DNA from: an uncultured Nitrososphaeraceae archaeon
GTDB taxonomy: Archaea > Thermoproteota > Nitrososphaeria > Nitrososphaerales > Nitrososphaeraceae
NCBI GenBank assembly: GCA_963779615.1
Contig: CAVZZA010000005.1
Location: forward strand, 672,001-736,000
Reading direction: 5' to 3'
DNA: 64,000 bases
Shown: positions 1 to 10,172 of the stretch, piece by piece
Position numbering within the stretch: position 1 is the stretch's first letter
Layout: each line of letters starts with the position of its first letter
Notes under the pieces: model-generated
Told to the model about the DNA's origin: nothing
Seen by the model: the letters and a program-made list of their open reading frames with translations, nothing else
Databases searched by the model: none
Translations under genes and position numbers: made by a program

Positions 1-106
1 TATGTTAATGTTACACTAATCTTTTCAGGTGGATAAACCCAAAATTAGCATAGGGAATCAAACGACGCATTTCAAATATACCTATAACTGCACCTAAACT
101 GCAAGT
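1..106 (+). promoter_or_regulatory. Conserved upstream block of the array genes (TTAATGTTA..., AAATATA TATA-like box, CAAG(T/A)ATG start context)
   Basis: Recognisably the same ~105-bp sequence precedes the copies starting at 1245, 3438, 4678 and 5893; only the TATA/start part is conserved before 1896. Confidence 0.6.
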
Positions 107-772
107 ATGAACAATACAAAAAACATTTTAGTGATAGCATTAATCACAGCAACACTCGTTTTGGGTACAAGCGTTATCCCGATGCAGTCATATGCAGACA
201 GGGACAATAACGACGACCACAAAAAAGGCAAGGACTATAAATCATCAATAATCGCAGGCTCCGAATCAGACAAAAAGAGCGCAAGCCAGCACCAGGACCA
301 GGACAACTTCTGCTACAGGGGCGACGACTGCGAGCAAGCAAACCAGGGACAGCAAGTAGTGGGCAAGGACAACGACGCAAAGGGATTCAATGACCAAAGC
401 GACAACCTCGACCTAGCCGCAATAGGAGCAGGAAACGGTAACGGAAATAAAACAGGCAACGGTAACGGAAATGGCGGAGATCCGAAAGAAAAAGCATGTG
501 AAGATTGCTTTAAAAATGGTTTAAGCGCCCCCGGTAAATTTCGTCAGTTCGAAACTGCATTGGCCGCTGGAATAACAGTTGGTGGAACAACCTACACTAG
601 CCTGGCACAGATATGTGCAGCATTGGATGCTAAAACTCTAGACCTCGCTGGTGTATTGGGTATACTTGAGAAAGCGTTGAGCGGTGAGTCAAATGGGCCA
701 CAGATAAAAGCAGTACTTGATTGTCTGCACCTCCTGTTCAACATTCCATTACCACCTGCCATAGTTAGGTAA
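107..772 (+). CDS. Secreted array protein, copy 1: signal peptide, Q/N/D-rich 2-Cys module, GN linker, helical 4-Cys C-terminal domain
   Basis: Sec signal ending QSYA; module QHQDQDNFCYRGDDCEQANQGQQVVGKDNDAKGFNDQSDN shared with five neighbours; TATA-like element ~30 nt upstream; T-rich terminator after the stop. Confidence 0.85.
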   Translation: MNNTKNILVIALITATLVLGTSVIPMQSYADRDNNDDHKKGKDYKSSIIAGSESDKKSASQHQDQDNFCYRGDDCEQANQGQQVVGKDNDAKGFNDQSDNLDLAAIGAGNGNGNKTGNGNGNGGDPKEKACEDCFKNGLSAPGKFRQFETALAAGITVGGTTYTSLAQICAALDAKTLDLAGVLGILEKALSGESNGPQIKAVLDCLHLLFNIPLPPAIVR

Positions 773-1244
773 CAGCCCCAAGAGCACTTCCCAAAATTTT
801 TTTGACAAAAAACCTACTTTTTTTCCAACTTTCAAACACCAATGAAAAGATCATAAACTCCAATCGCAAAAAGTTAACGATATTTTCTTGACCTTGATCC
901 GCAATTGCATTTCAAGTCAACTGCCGTATCTGCCTTGCTGCGATAATTTGCAATTTGCATAACAATAAAATCCGTATGATAGCCCATTTCCCATCCAATA
1001 TCAATATATCAATCTTGCCAATAGTTTCTTCCACCCAATTGTTTCGCAATGAACTTTGATTTTTAAAAAATCATTTTTATCATCACCAAGTCATTAACAT
1101 AGGCTAAATTTTTTTTATACATTTAACACAAGATATTTTATATTATTTTCATAGTATCCTTTTTAGGTACATAAATCCAAAATGAGCGTCGGGTATGAAT
1201 AGACCAACCTCACATATACCATAAAATGCATCTGAATTCCAAGT

Positions 1245-1570
1245 ATGAACAATACAAACAAAATGTTAATGATTGCAGCCATAACATCATTACTGGTTAT
1301 GGGAACAAGTTTAGTCCAGATGAAATCCTTTGCAGGCGGCGAGGAGCACAAAAAAACAAAGGACTTCAAATCCTCAATCAGCGAAAAAACCCAAGTAGAC
1401 AAAAAGAGCGCAAGCCAACACCAAGACCAAGACAACTTTGCTACAGAGGCAAGGTGCCGAGCAAGCAAACCAGGGACAGCAAATCATAGGTGAAGACAAC
1501 GATGCAAAAGGGATTCAATGACCAGAGCGACAACCTCATTGCATTAGAGAATGCAACTGGTGCAGCATAA
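1245..1570 (+). pseudogene. Array copy 2, frameshifted and lacking a C-terminal domain
   Basis: Same signal peptide and KKSASQHQDQDN; single-base indels at ~1438-1512 scramble the module, which resumes as GFNDQSDNLIALENATGAA-stop at 1570. Confidence 0.8.
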
Positions 1571-1895
1571 GACCAACTAATAAAACAAAACATTATTTTT
1601 TTATCACAATCCAACCCTTTTTTATCCAGATAATCAATCAAACCAAAAAAACTACAAATACCATACTAAAAATTGTAATGCAAAATCTCAACACGTATTT
1701 CAAAGGCATCATCTCTTCACATCCACCCCTACCAATCCATTAAACAATTAAATTAAAAATAATACATGCATCCATTCTTTAGATTTGTCATTAATGCCTC
1801 CACAATAACCATTTTAACGCGAATAGTTCAGAAATAAAAATTCCTTCAGAACAGACTGACCCTTAATATACAATAATAGATCGTTTAATGCAAGA

Positions 1896-2459
1896 ATGAA
1901 CAATACAAAAAGCATTTTATTAGTGGCCATAATCGCAGCAACACTGGTTATGGGGACAAGCGTTATCCCAATGCAGTCATATGCAGACAGGGGTGACGAC
2001 GATGAAGATAAAAAAGGTAAAGATCACACATCCCAAGAAGAAAAAAATGATGCAAACTTAAAACTAGACCAGGAAAACACCTGTTACAGGGGCGAGGTAT
2101 GCAAACAGGGCAACGAGGGTCAACAGGTAGTGGGCAACGACAACGATGTAACCGGGTTCAACGACCAAAGCGACAACCTACCAACAAACTTACCAGGAAC
2201 AGGAACAGATAACGGTAATAAAACAGGACCGGTTGTAACACCGCCACCTGCCAATGGAGAGTGCTCATCAGGTGAAGTTAGCGTAACATTAACTACAAGC
2301 GCGAGTGTAGCTCTCAACGGTTGCATCTCATCAAGTCTAGTTGGTCTGCTCCAATCACTACCCACACCAGTTGGTGGAGAGTGCTCTGGAAGCTTAGTTC
2401 CTGCCGCTTTAACTATAGGCAACAGTCCATCAATCAGAGTCTGCATCTTAGCAAGGTAA
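1896..2459 (+). CDS. Secreted array protein, copy 3; C-terminus made of two small C-x16/17-C modules
   Basis: Signal ...VIPMQSYA; DQENTCYRGEVCKQGNEGQQVVGNDNDVTGFNDQSDN; C-terminal ECSSG...GCI / ECSGS...VCI internal duplication. Confidence 0.85.
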   Translation: MNNTKSILLVAIIAATLVMGTSVIPMQSYADRGDDDEDKKGKDHTSQEEKNDANLKLDQENTCYRGEVCKQGNEGQQVVGNDNDVTGFNDQSDNLPTNLPGTGTDNGNKTGPVVTPPPANGECSSGEVSVTLTTSASVALNGCISSSLVGLLQSLPTPVGGECSGSLVPAALTIGNSPSIRVCILAR

Positions 2460-3437
2460 TTACACAAGTAAAATATTCCTTCATTTTTTTGCCATCGTAA
2501 CACCTAACCTTTTTTTATGTTAAACCACCACAATAATTCCTCGCTAAAGCAAATCAAATAAATATTCAGATCTAGCCCACTAGCTGCTTTAACAAGGCGA
2601 ACATCATTTTTTGATTCTCGATTTTAGATGCGATTTGAAGCCAATCCATTCAGCGAATAAAAGATAAACAGCACTTTGGGGCGTATTTGTCCCCTATAAC
2701 CAATTTCACACATGAGGAGAAAAGAGGTTGGTACAAGTTGCCTATACAAATGGAAATAACGACATTGAAAAGATGATACAAAATAGGAAGGCATTAAAAT
2801 ATCTTTTTGAGGCGCACATCATTAAGACACTTCCCTATATCACCAACTGATGGAGCAGATATTGCACCTTTACCTAATGCAGCAACCAGCACAGCAGATA
2901 AAGAATCAACCATAGTTTGGGTTTACCTAGCGCGGTTGCACAAATAAGAATCACTTCGCTTTTTGTTGCCATCGACATTTTATTTTTTTTAACAACATAG
3001 TTGACATTATGTAGAACTATCACACATCAATTATTCAACGCGACACGGAAATAAAGCTAAATTTTATCAAACAATCAGAGACATCATATAGCTATTGTCA
3101 TATTAATTACATGTCTAGCATACAATTGAAAATAGTTTAAAATATAATCAACACTCGTTTTGGTATCCTTGGTCAAAGGAATAGAATTCCATCGCTATTG
3201 CATAGTTCCTATTTTTACCAAAGTTTAGAAAAGCGCGACGGTGATAATTACTATTCACTATTGGAAAACATTAACAAAATTATCAAATTTATAGTTAAAA
3301 TTATGCTATACATATATAATTAAATATATTCAGTGTTAATGTTATGCTGATTTTTTTACGTTGATAAACTTAAAATTAACATCGAGAATGAACAGACTAA
3401 TCTTAGATATATCATCAAATGTATGCTAATTACAAGT

Positions 3438-4082
3438 ATGAACAATACCAATAATATTTTGGCAATAGCAACCATTACAGCGTTATTACTTATGGGAACA
3501 AGTGTTATCCCAATGCAATCATATGCAGACGGCAGCGACAAACAACAAAAGCACAAAGACACCTCAGACCTTAAGCAAAGCATCCAGAAAGATACAAGCG
3601 CAAAAAAAGCCAACCAACACCAGGACCAGGACAACTTCTGCTATAGGGGCGACGACTGTGAGCAGGCAAACCAGGGACAACAGATAGTAGGAAAGGACAA
3701 CGACGCAGCAGGGTTCAACGACCAAAGCGACAACATCCCACAATCCGCAGCATCTTCAACATCAAACAACCCAGCAAACAACACAGCAAACAACACATCA
3801 ACACCCGGCAGTGTAACAATAAACAACATATTTGAGGGCGCAGACGTATGCAGTTTAGACCAGAGCAAAAACGATACTGGAACAGGCAACACCCAAACAG
3901 CCACTTTAACTTGCACAGTCACAATCACCGGAAATGACAACACAGTATTCGGTTTACCCGCTGGAACAATACCAGGAAGCTCCATTACATTGAATCCATC
4001 TGGCGCAGCATGCCCCCCACCATCAGTTAACGGAATAGTGACTGTTGGATCAGTAAGACTAAACGTCTGTGTCACCCTATAA
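3438..4082 (+). CDS. Secreted array protein, copy 4; S/T/N linker plus beta-rich 4-Cys domain
   Basis: Start set at the CAAGT-ATG at 3438 by analogy with paralogs; conserved module intact. Confidence 0.85.
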   Translation: MNNTNNILAIATITALLLMGTSVIPMQSYADGSDKQQKHKDTSDLKQSIQKDTSAKKANQHQDQDNFCYRGDDCEQANQGQQIVGKDNDAAGFNDQSDNIPQSAASSTSNNPANNTANNTSTPGSVTINNIFEGADVCSLDQSKNDTGTGNTQTATLTCTVTITGNDNTVFGLPAGTIPGSSITLNPSGAACPPPSVNGIVTVGSVRLNVCVTL

Positions 4083-4677
4083 AGTGGAGTACAGTCCTAC
4101 ACAACACCACCTATTTTTTTGTACTAAACAAACAAACCTTTCAACCTTATTTTTTTAACTAACAGTCATAACCCATTTAATCTCCATTATAGTAATGTTA
4201 TCAGATTATCAAATGGACAGGTTTCCAAACTTGTAGTTGTAATAATGAAGTTTCAATAAATATTAATTACATATAAGACTACAGGTAACACAAGATATTG
4301 CGCATGACACCATCATAAAAACCCCCCACCATCTGTACCATGATTAGAAGCACAATTTTAAAATGGAGAACAAAAAGGTATCAAACCAACACACGTACCT
4401 CACACCGGCTTAAGATGAGGCAAAGTGAGTAATACGATATCGGTGAAATAATGATATAATGAAACACTACAGAGCATGAAAGGGAGCATTGAGTTGACTT
4501 TAGCTGGCAAATGCATCAGGTAGTATCGTTATCCATGGAAAGACAATTTTTTTTATATGGATAGACCATCAGGATTAATGTTATACTGATTTTTTTACGT
4601 TGATAAACTTAAAATTAACATCGAGAATGAACAGACTAGATCTTAAATATATCATAAAAAGTAAGTTAATTCCAAGT

Positions 4678-5322
4678 ATGAACAATACCAATAATATTTT
4701 GGCAATAGCAACCATTACAGCGTTATTACTTATGGGAACAAGTGTTATCCCAATGCAATCATATGCAGACGGCAGCGACAAACAACAAAAGCACAAAGAC
4801 ACCTCAGACCTTAAGCAAAGCATCCAGAAAGATACAAGCGCAAAAAAAGCCAACCAACACCAGGACCAGGACAACTTCTGCTATAGGGGCGACGACTGTG
4901 AGCAGGCAAACCAGGGACAGCAGATAGTAGGAAAGGACAACGACGCAGCAGGGTTCAACGACCAAAGCGACAACATCCCACAATCCGCAGCCTCCTCGAC
5001 ATCTACCAACCCAGCAGACAACACATCAAACAACACATCAACACCCGGCAGCGTAACAATAAACAACATATTTGAGGGCGCAGACGTATGCAGTATAGAC
5101 CAGAGCAAAAACGACAACGGAACAGGCAACACCCAAACAGCCACTTTAACCTGCACAGTCACAATCACCGGAGACAACAATTCAGTATTCGGTTTACCCG
5201 CTGGAACAATACCAGGAAGCTCCATTACATTGAATCCATCTGGCGCAGCATGCCCCCCACCATCAGTTAACGGAATAGTGACTGTTGGATCAGTAAGACT
5301 AAACGCCTGTGTCACCCTATAA
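4678..5322 (+). CDS. Secreted array protein, copy 5; recent duplicate of copy 4
   Basis: Near-identical to copy 4, including upstream and downstream flanks; start at the CAAGT-ATG at 4678. Confidence 0.85.
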   Translation: MNNTNNILAIATITALLLMGTSVIPMQSYADGSDKQQKHKDTSDLKQSIQKDTSAKKANQHQDQDNFCYRGDDCEQANQGQQIVGKDNDAAGFNDQSDNIPQSAASSTSTNPADNTSNNTSTPGSVTINNIFEGADVCSIDQSKNDNGTGNTQTATLTCTVTITGDNNSVFGLPAGTIPGSSITLNPSGAACPPPSVNGIVTVGSVRLNACVTL

Positions 5323-5892
5323 AGTGGAGTACAGTCCTACACAACACCACCTATTTTTTTGTACTAAACAAACAAACCTTTCAACCTTATTTTTTTAACT
5401 AACAGCCATAACCCATTTAATCTCCAATGAAATAACGTTATCAGATTATATAACAAGCAATCTATTAGGTTATTAGTTGAAATAATGACAAGTCTTTACA
5501 GATATAAAAAACATATGTCATAATAAGCAATAACACAAGACATTGCAGAAACATCTAAAAGCCCACAGTACTTGTTCCTTGATCATGATGCAATTTTAAA
5601 ATAAGGGACATAGAATCATCAAAGAAGGAAATGTATTGTACATCACACACGATAATGCTAAAACAACAGTTTAAGGAAACTTTAGAGCATGAAAGGAAGC
5701 ATTGAGTTGACTTTAGCTGGCAAATGCATCAGGTAGTAGTATCGTTATCCATGGAAAGACAATTTTTTTTATATGGATAGACCATCAGGATTAATGTTAT
5801 ACTGATTTTTTTAGGTTGATAAGTTCAAAAAGAACGTAGGGTATGAACAAACAGATTCCAAATATATCATAAAAAGTAAGTTAATTCCAAGT

Positions 5893-6411
5893 ATGAACAA
5901 TACCAATAATATTTTGGCAATAGCAACCATTACAGCGTTATTACTTATGGGAACAAGTGTTATCCCAATGCAATCATATGCAGACGGCAGCGACAAACAA
6001 CAAAAGCACAAAGACACCTCAGACCTTAAGCAAAGCATCCAGAAAGATACAAGCGCAAAAAAAGCCAACCAACACCAGGACCAGGACAACTTCTGCTATA
6101 GGGGCGACGACTGTGAGCAGGCAAACCAGGGACAGCAGATAGTAGGAAAGGACAACGACGCAGCAGGGTTCAACGACCAAAGCGACAACATTCCACAATC
6201 TAACTCTTCAGCATCGTCTTCACCCTCATCATCAACATCTACTCCTACAAGCACTACTCCTACAAGCACTACACCTTCAAGCACTACACCCTCAACTCAA
6301 CCAGGAGCTGGAAGTACAACCACAACAAACATCATTCCATCTGCAGTAAATGAGTGCAGCATAGACCAAACAACAAACACACCAATCACTCAAACATGTG
6401 TGAGACCATAA
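5893..6411 (+). CDS. Secreted array protein, copy 6; S/T/P-rich linker and short 2-Cys tail
   Basis: First ~100 codons essentially identical to copy 5, diverging abruptly after SDNIPQS. Confidence 0.85.
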   Translation: MNNTNNILAIATITALLLMGTSVIPMQSYADGSDKQQKHKDTSDLKQSIQKDTSAKKANQHQDQDNFCYRGDDCEQANQGQQIVGKDNDAAGFNDQSDNIPQSNSSASSSPSSSTSTPTSTTPTSTTPSSTTPSTQPGAGSTTTTNIIPSAVNECSIDQTTNTPITQTCVRP

Positions 6412-6691
6412 CAAACAAATCTCCATATGAGTAGGGTTCACCACACTTTTTTTTCATTTTTTAAAATACCTGCAATTTATTAAGAAAATAATGACCAAAG
6501 GACATACCTACATGCTTACGAAAGAATTGGCATAAAGGCCAAAAACCACCACCCATTTGACAATATTTTCATCAGCTAAATGCATTATAATCTAGGCAAG
6601 AAAATAAGAAGTCAAAAATGTAGTACATACGATGAAACGGTTTTTTAGCTAAAGATAAATTGTTGTAATGACATACAATGTTACAAAATAA

Positions 6692-6991
6692 TTGAAAAAT
6701 CCAATAGCCTGCGATCCAAGGAACCGACCCTACAAGAACGGGAAAACTTTTGAGGACTGCAAATCAGAAGCAAGGAAAAACACAGCAACCCTATCAAAAG
6801 AAATACAATCAAACAACCAAATCTCATGGAACCGCATCCTAGAAGTAGCAGACCATGATGAAATAGTTTACAAATTAACCCTAAAGTATCTCAGGGAAAT
6901 GGGGTATGATATAGGCAATTATTTAACACCAAGGGTAGCGGCAAAAGGAAACATCAGCAATAAAGACGAAAACAAACAAATGAATGAATGA
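6692..6991 (+). CDS. Small hypothetical protein, probably conserved in Thaumarchaeota
   Basis: 99-aa ORF, TTG start, globular composition (WNRILEVADHDEIVYKLTLKYLREMGYDIG); conservation is from recall only. Confidence 0.65.
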   Translation: MKNPIACDPRNRPYKNGKTFEDCKSEARKNTATLSKEIQSNNQISWNRILEVADHDEIVYKLTLKYLREMGYDIGNYLTPRVAAKGNISNKDENKQMNE

Positions 6992-7919
6992 ATGAATGGG
7001 AAAATCAGTCTCTTGGCTCGTCAAACCCCACATCTCATCATCACGGCAGTCTGCAAAAAGGCTTGACAAAATGCCTATCAATGCTTTGGTTGACACTTTC
7101 TCATTTTCTGGCGCTTGGAAAACAACCATCAAAAGGCACCCAATGTCCTCTTTTTTTTGACATATTGCCGCATAGTACTTCAACATTGAGGATTTTACCA
7201 TACCGGGCGCATACTACAGTTCAGTCTAACAAATAAACGTCCTTAGTGCTTGCAAAATATCGCCATCCCCACCGCGGTTTTGAATTTATGGTGATGGTCA
7301 TTAGATTGCCAATAATTTACCCCATTGTAATCACTTTCTCTGCAATGAGCACTTTTTTGAACAAGGAATCGCCTCAATCTTTTGGTTATTTCATGACAAT
7401 AACCCAAAATCAACCCAAACCTTCCATTCCCGCCAGCGACTTTGACCAGTGCTCCATAATATAACACATCCACAAACACATTCGGCAAGCCTTTTTTCTT
7501 TTGGCTTTGCGGGTACACCTGGGTTGTTTTGTTCGTTTTATTTAAGTCTAATTTTTGAGCAAGAGGCGCGGTTTAATGGTCAAGACTGTCCTTCGTCTTT
7601 CATGCGCCTTTTCCTTTTTCTTCTTTTTTAAAAGGCTAAATATTCTAAAAATTTTAAAAATGCATAGCCCACACCAACATGTTTTGAATAAGCCGTTTTG
7701 TTGTGGAGGCTTCTAGTTGCGGATGAAACATCAACCATATTTAATATGCCGCTGTTGTTTTTTTAGTGTAAGAGCCGTGCTTCTGCAAAATCCCTGTAGG
7801 GTAAAATTGAGATAGTGTTTTGTACTGTTTGTGCATTTAAACGTTATGTTTTTTAAGGCCAACATCGGTTTTTTTTGGCGAGGTTTTAACGCCATGTTGA
7901 AAAAAAATACTGTTTAAAC

Positions 7920-7972
7920 ATAACCTTTTAATAACTTTTAATAACTTTTTAATAACTTTTTAATAACTTTTA
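7920..7972. repeat. Tandem minisatellite ATAACTTTT(T)A x5
   Basis: Five contiguous 10-11 bp units with no spacers. Confidence 0.9.
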
Positions 7973-8192
7973 AAAAAAAGTATGCAGCATTGCATTGATT
8001 GTTCATAGTTATTGTGTTGAACCAATTTTTCAACGATAGAAGGTGGCACCCGGTTTTCTTCAATTGAAAATGGCCAGTTTGTCACTTGCTGTTTATTAGG
8101 CCAACACTACATTGTTATGTGGCTACCCAAAGCATCAATTGATACCCAAAGGAAAGGATGACTAGGGACCCAAAATTGGGTTGTGGCAGCTG

Positions 8193-8810
8193 TTATTTGG
8201 AGGTATCCAAAAGGCAATGTTTTAGCAATTCATCGGTTATGACAAGCCGCTCATCAAAAACATCCAGCATCAAATCACTTACAGGATGCCTATCGGAATA
8301 GCACAGTAGAGTTGACACACCCGCATCCTTTGCTGTCTGAACAGCATAAATGAAATCGCTGTCTGAGGCAAGTATTATGGCCCTGTCAATCTGTTTGCTC
8401 CAGCTCATTTTGACCAAATCAACAGCCAGCATAACGTCTACGCCTTTCTGGACGTATACTGCCGCAGCAGCGGCAGCGGCAGCGGCAGATGAGCCGTTTT
8501 GTATTCTTTGGAACCTTCCCAGCCTCACCTCAAATTTGGGAAGCTTTGACAAACTTTTAGTGAATTTATCTGCCCTGCTGTACCGGGAGCTTTCCTCGGC
8601 TGACGGTGGAGAGCCCTGAAAGGGCATGCAGTAATAGTAATATGTCCTCAATCTGCCATCATCACCGCCACCACCGCCGCCACCATCATGGCCAGTATCC
8701 TGCCTGCACAGCGTTTCGGAGAGGGCAAGAAAGTCTATTTTGGGCATCCCAAAACTTTTTGAAATCTTTGCCAGATAACCCCCGTCGATAAAAAGAACAG
8801 CCTTACTCAT
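8193..8810 (-). CDS. NYN/LabA (DUF88) PIN-like ribonuclease
   Basis: Motifs VLFIDGGY, QKGVDVMLAVD, ILASDSDF, KDAG; start placed at ATG 8810 (MSKAVLF). Confidence 0.9.
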   Translation of the reverse strand: MSKAVLFIDGGYLAKISKSFGMPKIDFLALSETLCRQDTGHDGGGGGGGDDGRLRTYYYYCMPFQGSPPSAEESSRYSRADKFTKSLSKLPKFEVRLGRFQRIQNGSSAAAAAAAAAVYVQKGVDVMLAVDLVKMSWSKQIDRAIILASDSDFIYAVQTAKDAGVSTLLCYSDRHPVSDLMLDVFDERLVITDELLKHCLLDTSK

Positions 8811-9275
8811 ACATACGTTAAGATAACAACATAAGCATAAAAACCAAATAAACCACACCATACCTCCGCCTCCGCTTCCGAGTCCAAACTCTCTTGATAT
8901 TTTTCTCCACCTTCTGGCTGAATGATAACCATGGTGATGGGGGCTTGCACCTCTAGTGATTCCTCGTCTGCACAAAATTTCAAATCGGTGCGCTTTCCTT
9001 TAAATACCCCTTATCACGCAGCATCGTTCGTTCCCAAATCCCAACCTTGTTTGCCTTTGCATGTCGGCTCATCATATTGGCCCTACAATCTTGTCGCATG
9101 CCATGCCGTTCTGATGCCACAAGCACAACCCTTCTTTATTTGTCAACAGTGCGCGGTAATTGGATTGTCACACCTTCTTTAGTCACGATTCAAAAAGAAA
9201 CCCAAAACCCAAAACAATGCCAATCTCCATGTTTTGCTTTTTGGTGAAACCCGGTCATTTTTTCACAATCAAACT

Positions 9276-10172
9276 TTACCCCATCACATGTGATGAGGAA
9301 ATGTCAAAGTAGGGCTTTAGCCTGGTTATGGTTTCCTCCACGTATCCCCCGTCAACTTCAAACCCCACAAAAGAAACCCCCAGCCTTGTTGAGGCAATTG
9401 CGGTTGATCCAATGCCCAAAAATGGATCCATGACCACCATTTTTTCTTTTATTCCGTGTAACTTTATGCACATTTCCGGCAATTTGGTTGGGAACGTAGC
9501 AGGATGGGGCCTCTCCTTTTTCATCTGGATTGTTTCGTAGGGAATAAACCATGTGTTTCCCCTGTCTCGCTTATCTTGCGTTGCATGCTTCCAGCGTCCG
9601 ATATTGGATTTGTCCTGGTAGGGAACCCCTACAGACAGCTTGTCTATTTTTGATTTTCCATCCTTGCTAAAGTGGAATATATATTCATGGCAATCATTAA
9701 GAAACCTGTCACTTGTTACGGGTTTGAAATGCCCGACGGCCACATCATCAACAATGTTGGGGTATTTGCCAACATCCTGTTTGCTTATTGCAATCGATTT
9801 TATCCAGTGTATAACATTTTGCAGCACAAAGTCCTTTCTGAGGACATTTGCCACATCCCAGGAAATCCATTGATCCCTGGGCTTGTTTCCCATGTTTAGA
9901 AAAAAGGAACCGTCACCCTTAAGCACCTTTTTGATGGAATTTCCAACCTGCCCCAACCAGGCAAGGTATTCTTCCCTGGGCAATGTGTCATCATATGTGC
10001 TGTAGTTTATTCCGATGTTGTAGGGAGGGGACGTTATCACAACATCTATTGAGTTTTGTTTTAGGTCCTCCTTCAAACCCCTTTCGCAATCTTTATTGAA
10101 AATCTCAACGGTAGAGCCGTTTTCCCTATTGGTTACTGTATATGGCATTTTGGTATAAGGCGGTCGGTCCAT
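9276..10172 (-). CDS. Beta-class N4-cytosine/N6-adenine DNA methyltransferase (N6_N4_Mtase), orphan
   Basis: Catalytic TSPPY precedes HPATFP and the SAM-binding DPFLGIGST motif. Confidence 0.93.
   Translation of the reverse strand: MDRPPYTKMPYTVTNRENGSTVEIFNKDCERGLKEDLKQNSIDVVITSPPYNIGINYSTYDDTLPREEYLAWLGQVGNSIKKVLKGDGSFFLNMGNKPRDQWISWDVANVLRKDFVLQNVIHWIKSIAISKQDVGKYPNIVDDVAVGHFKPVTSDRFLNDCHEYIFHFSKDGKSKIDKLSVGVPYQDKSNIGRWKHATQDKRDRGNTWFIPYETIQMKKERPHPATFPTKLPEMCIKLHGIKEKMVVMDPFLGIGSTAIASTRLGVSFVGFEVDGGYVEETITRLKPYFDISSSHVMG

Larger units (their letters stand above)
3336..5448 (+). repeat. Direct duplication of ~870 bp (about 3336-4208 and 4576-5448) spanning array copies 4 and 5; about 4470-4986 is repeated again at about 5683-6200
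   Basis: Long runs of identical sequence visible by direct comparison. Confidence 0.9.

Noticed and set aside
1-6450. Diversity-generating retroelement explaining the array variation
   Set aside because: No reverse transcriptase in the window; differences between copies are not adenine-specific, and whole domains are replaced.
1-6450. Polymorphic toxin-immunity locus
   Set aside because: No recognisable toxin motifs in the heads and no small immunity ORFs downstream of the copies.
6988-7631. Several short ORFs on both strands
   Set aside because: No recognisable motifs; possibly decayed coding DNA, but the family cannot be supported.
8811-8975. N-terminal extension of the NYN ORF
   Set aside because: Composition is not protein-like; the domain starts at ATG 8810.
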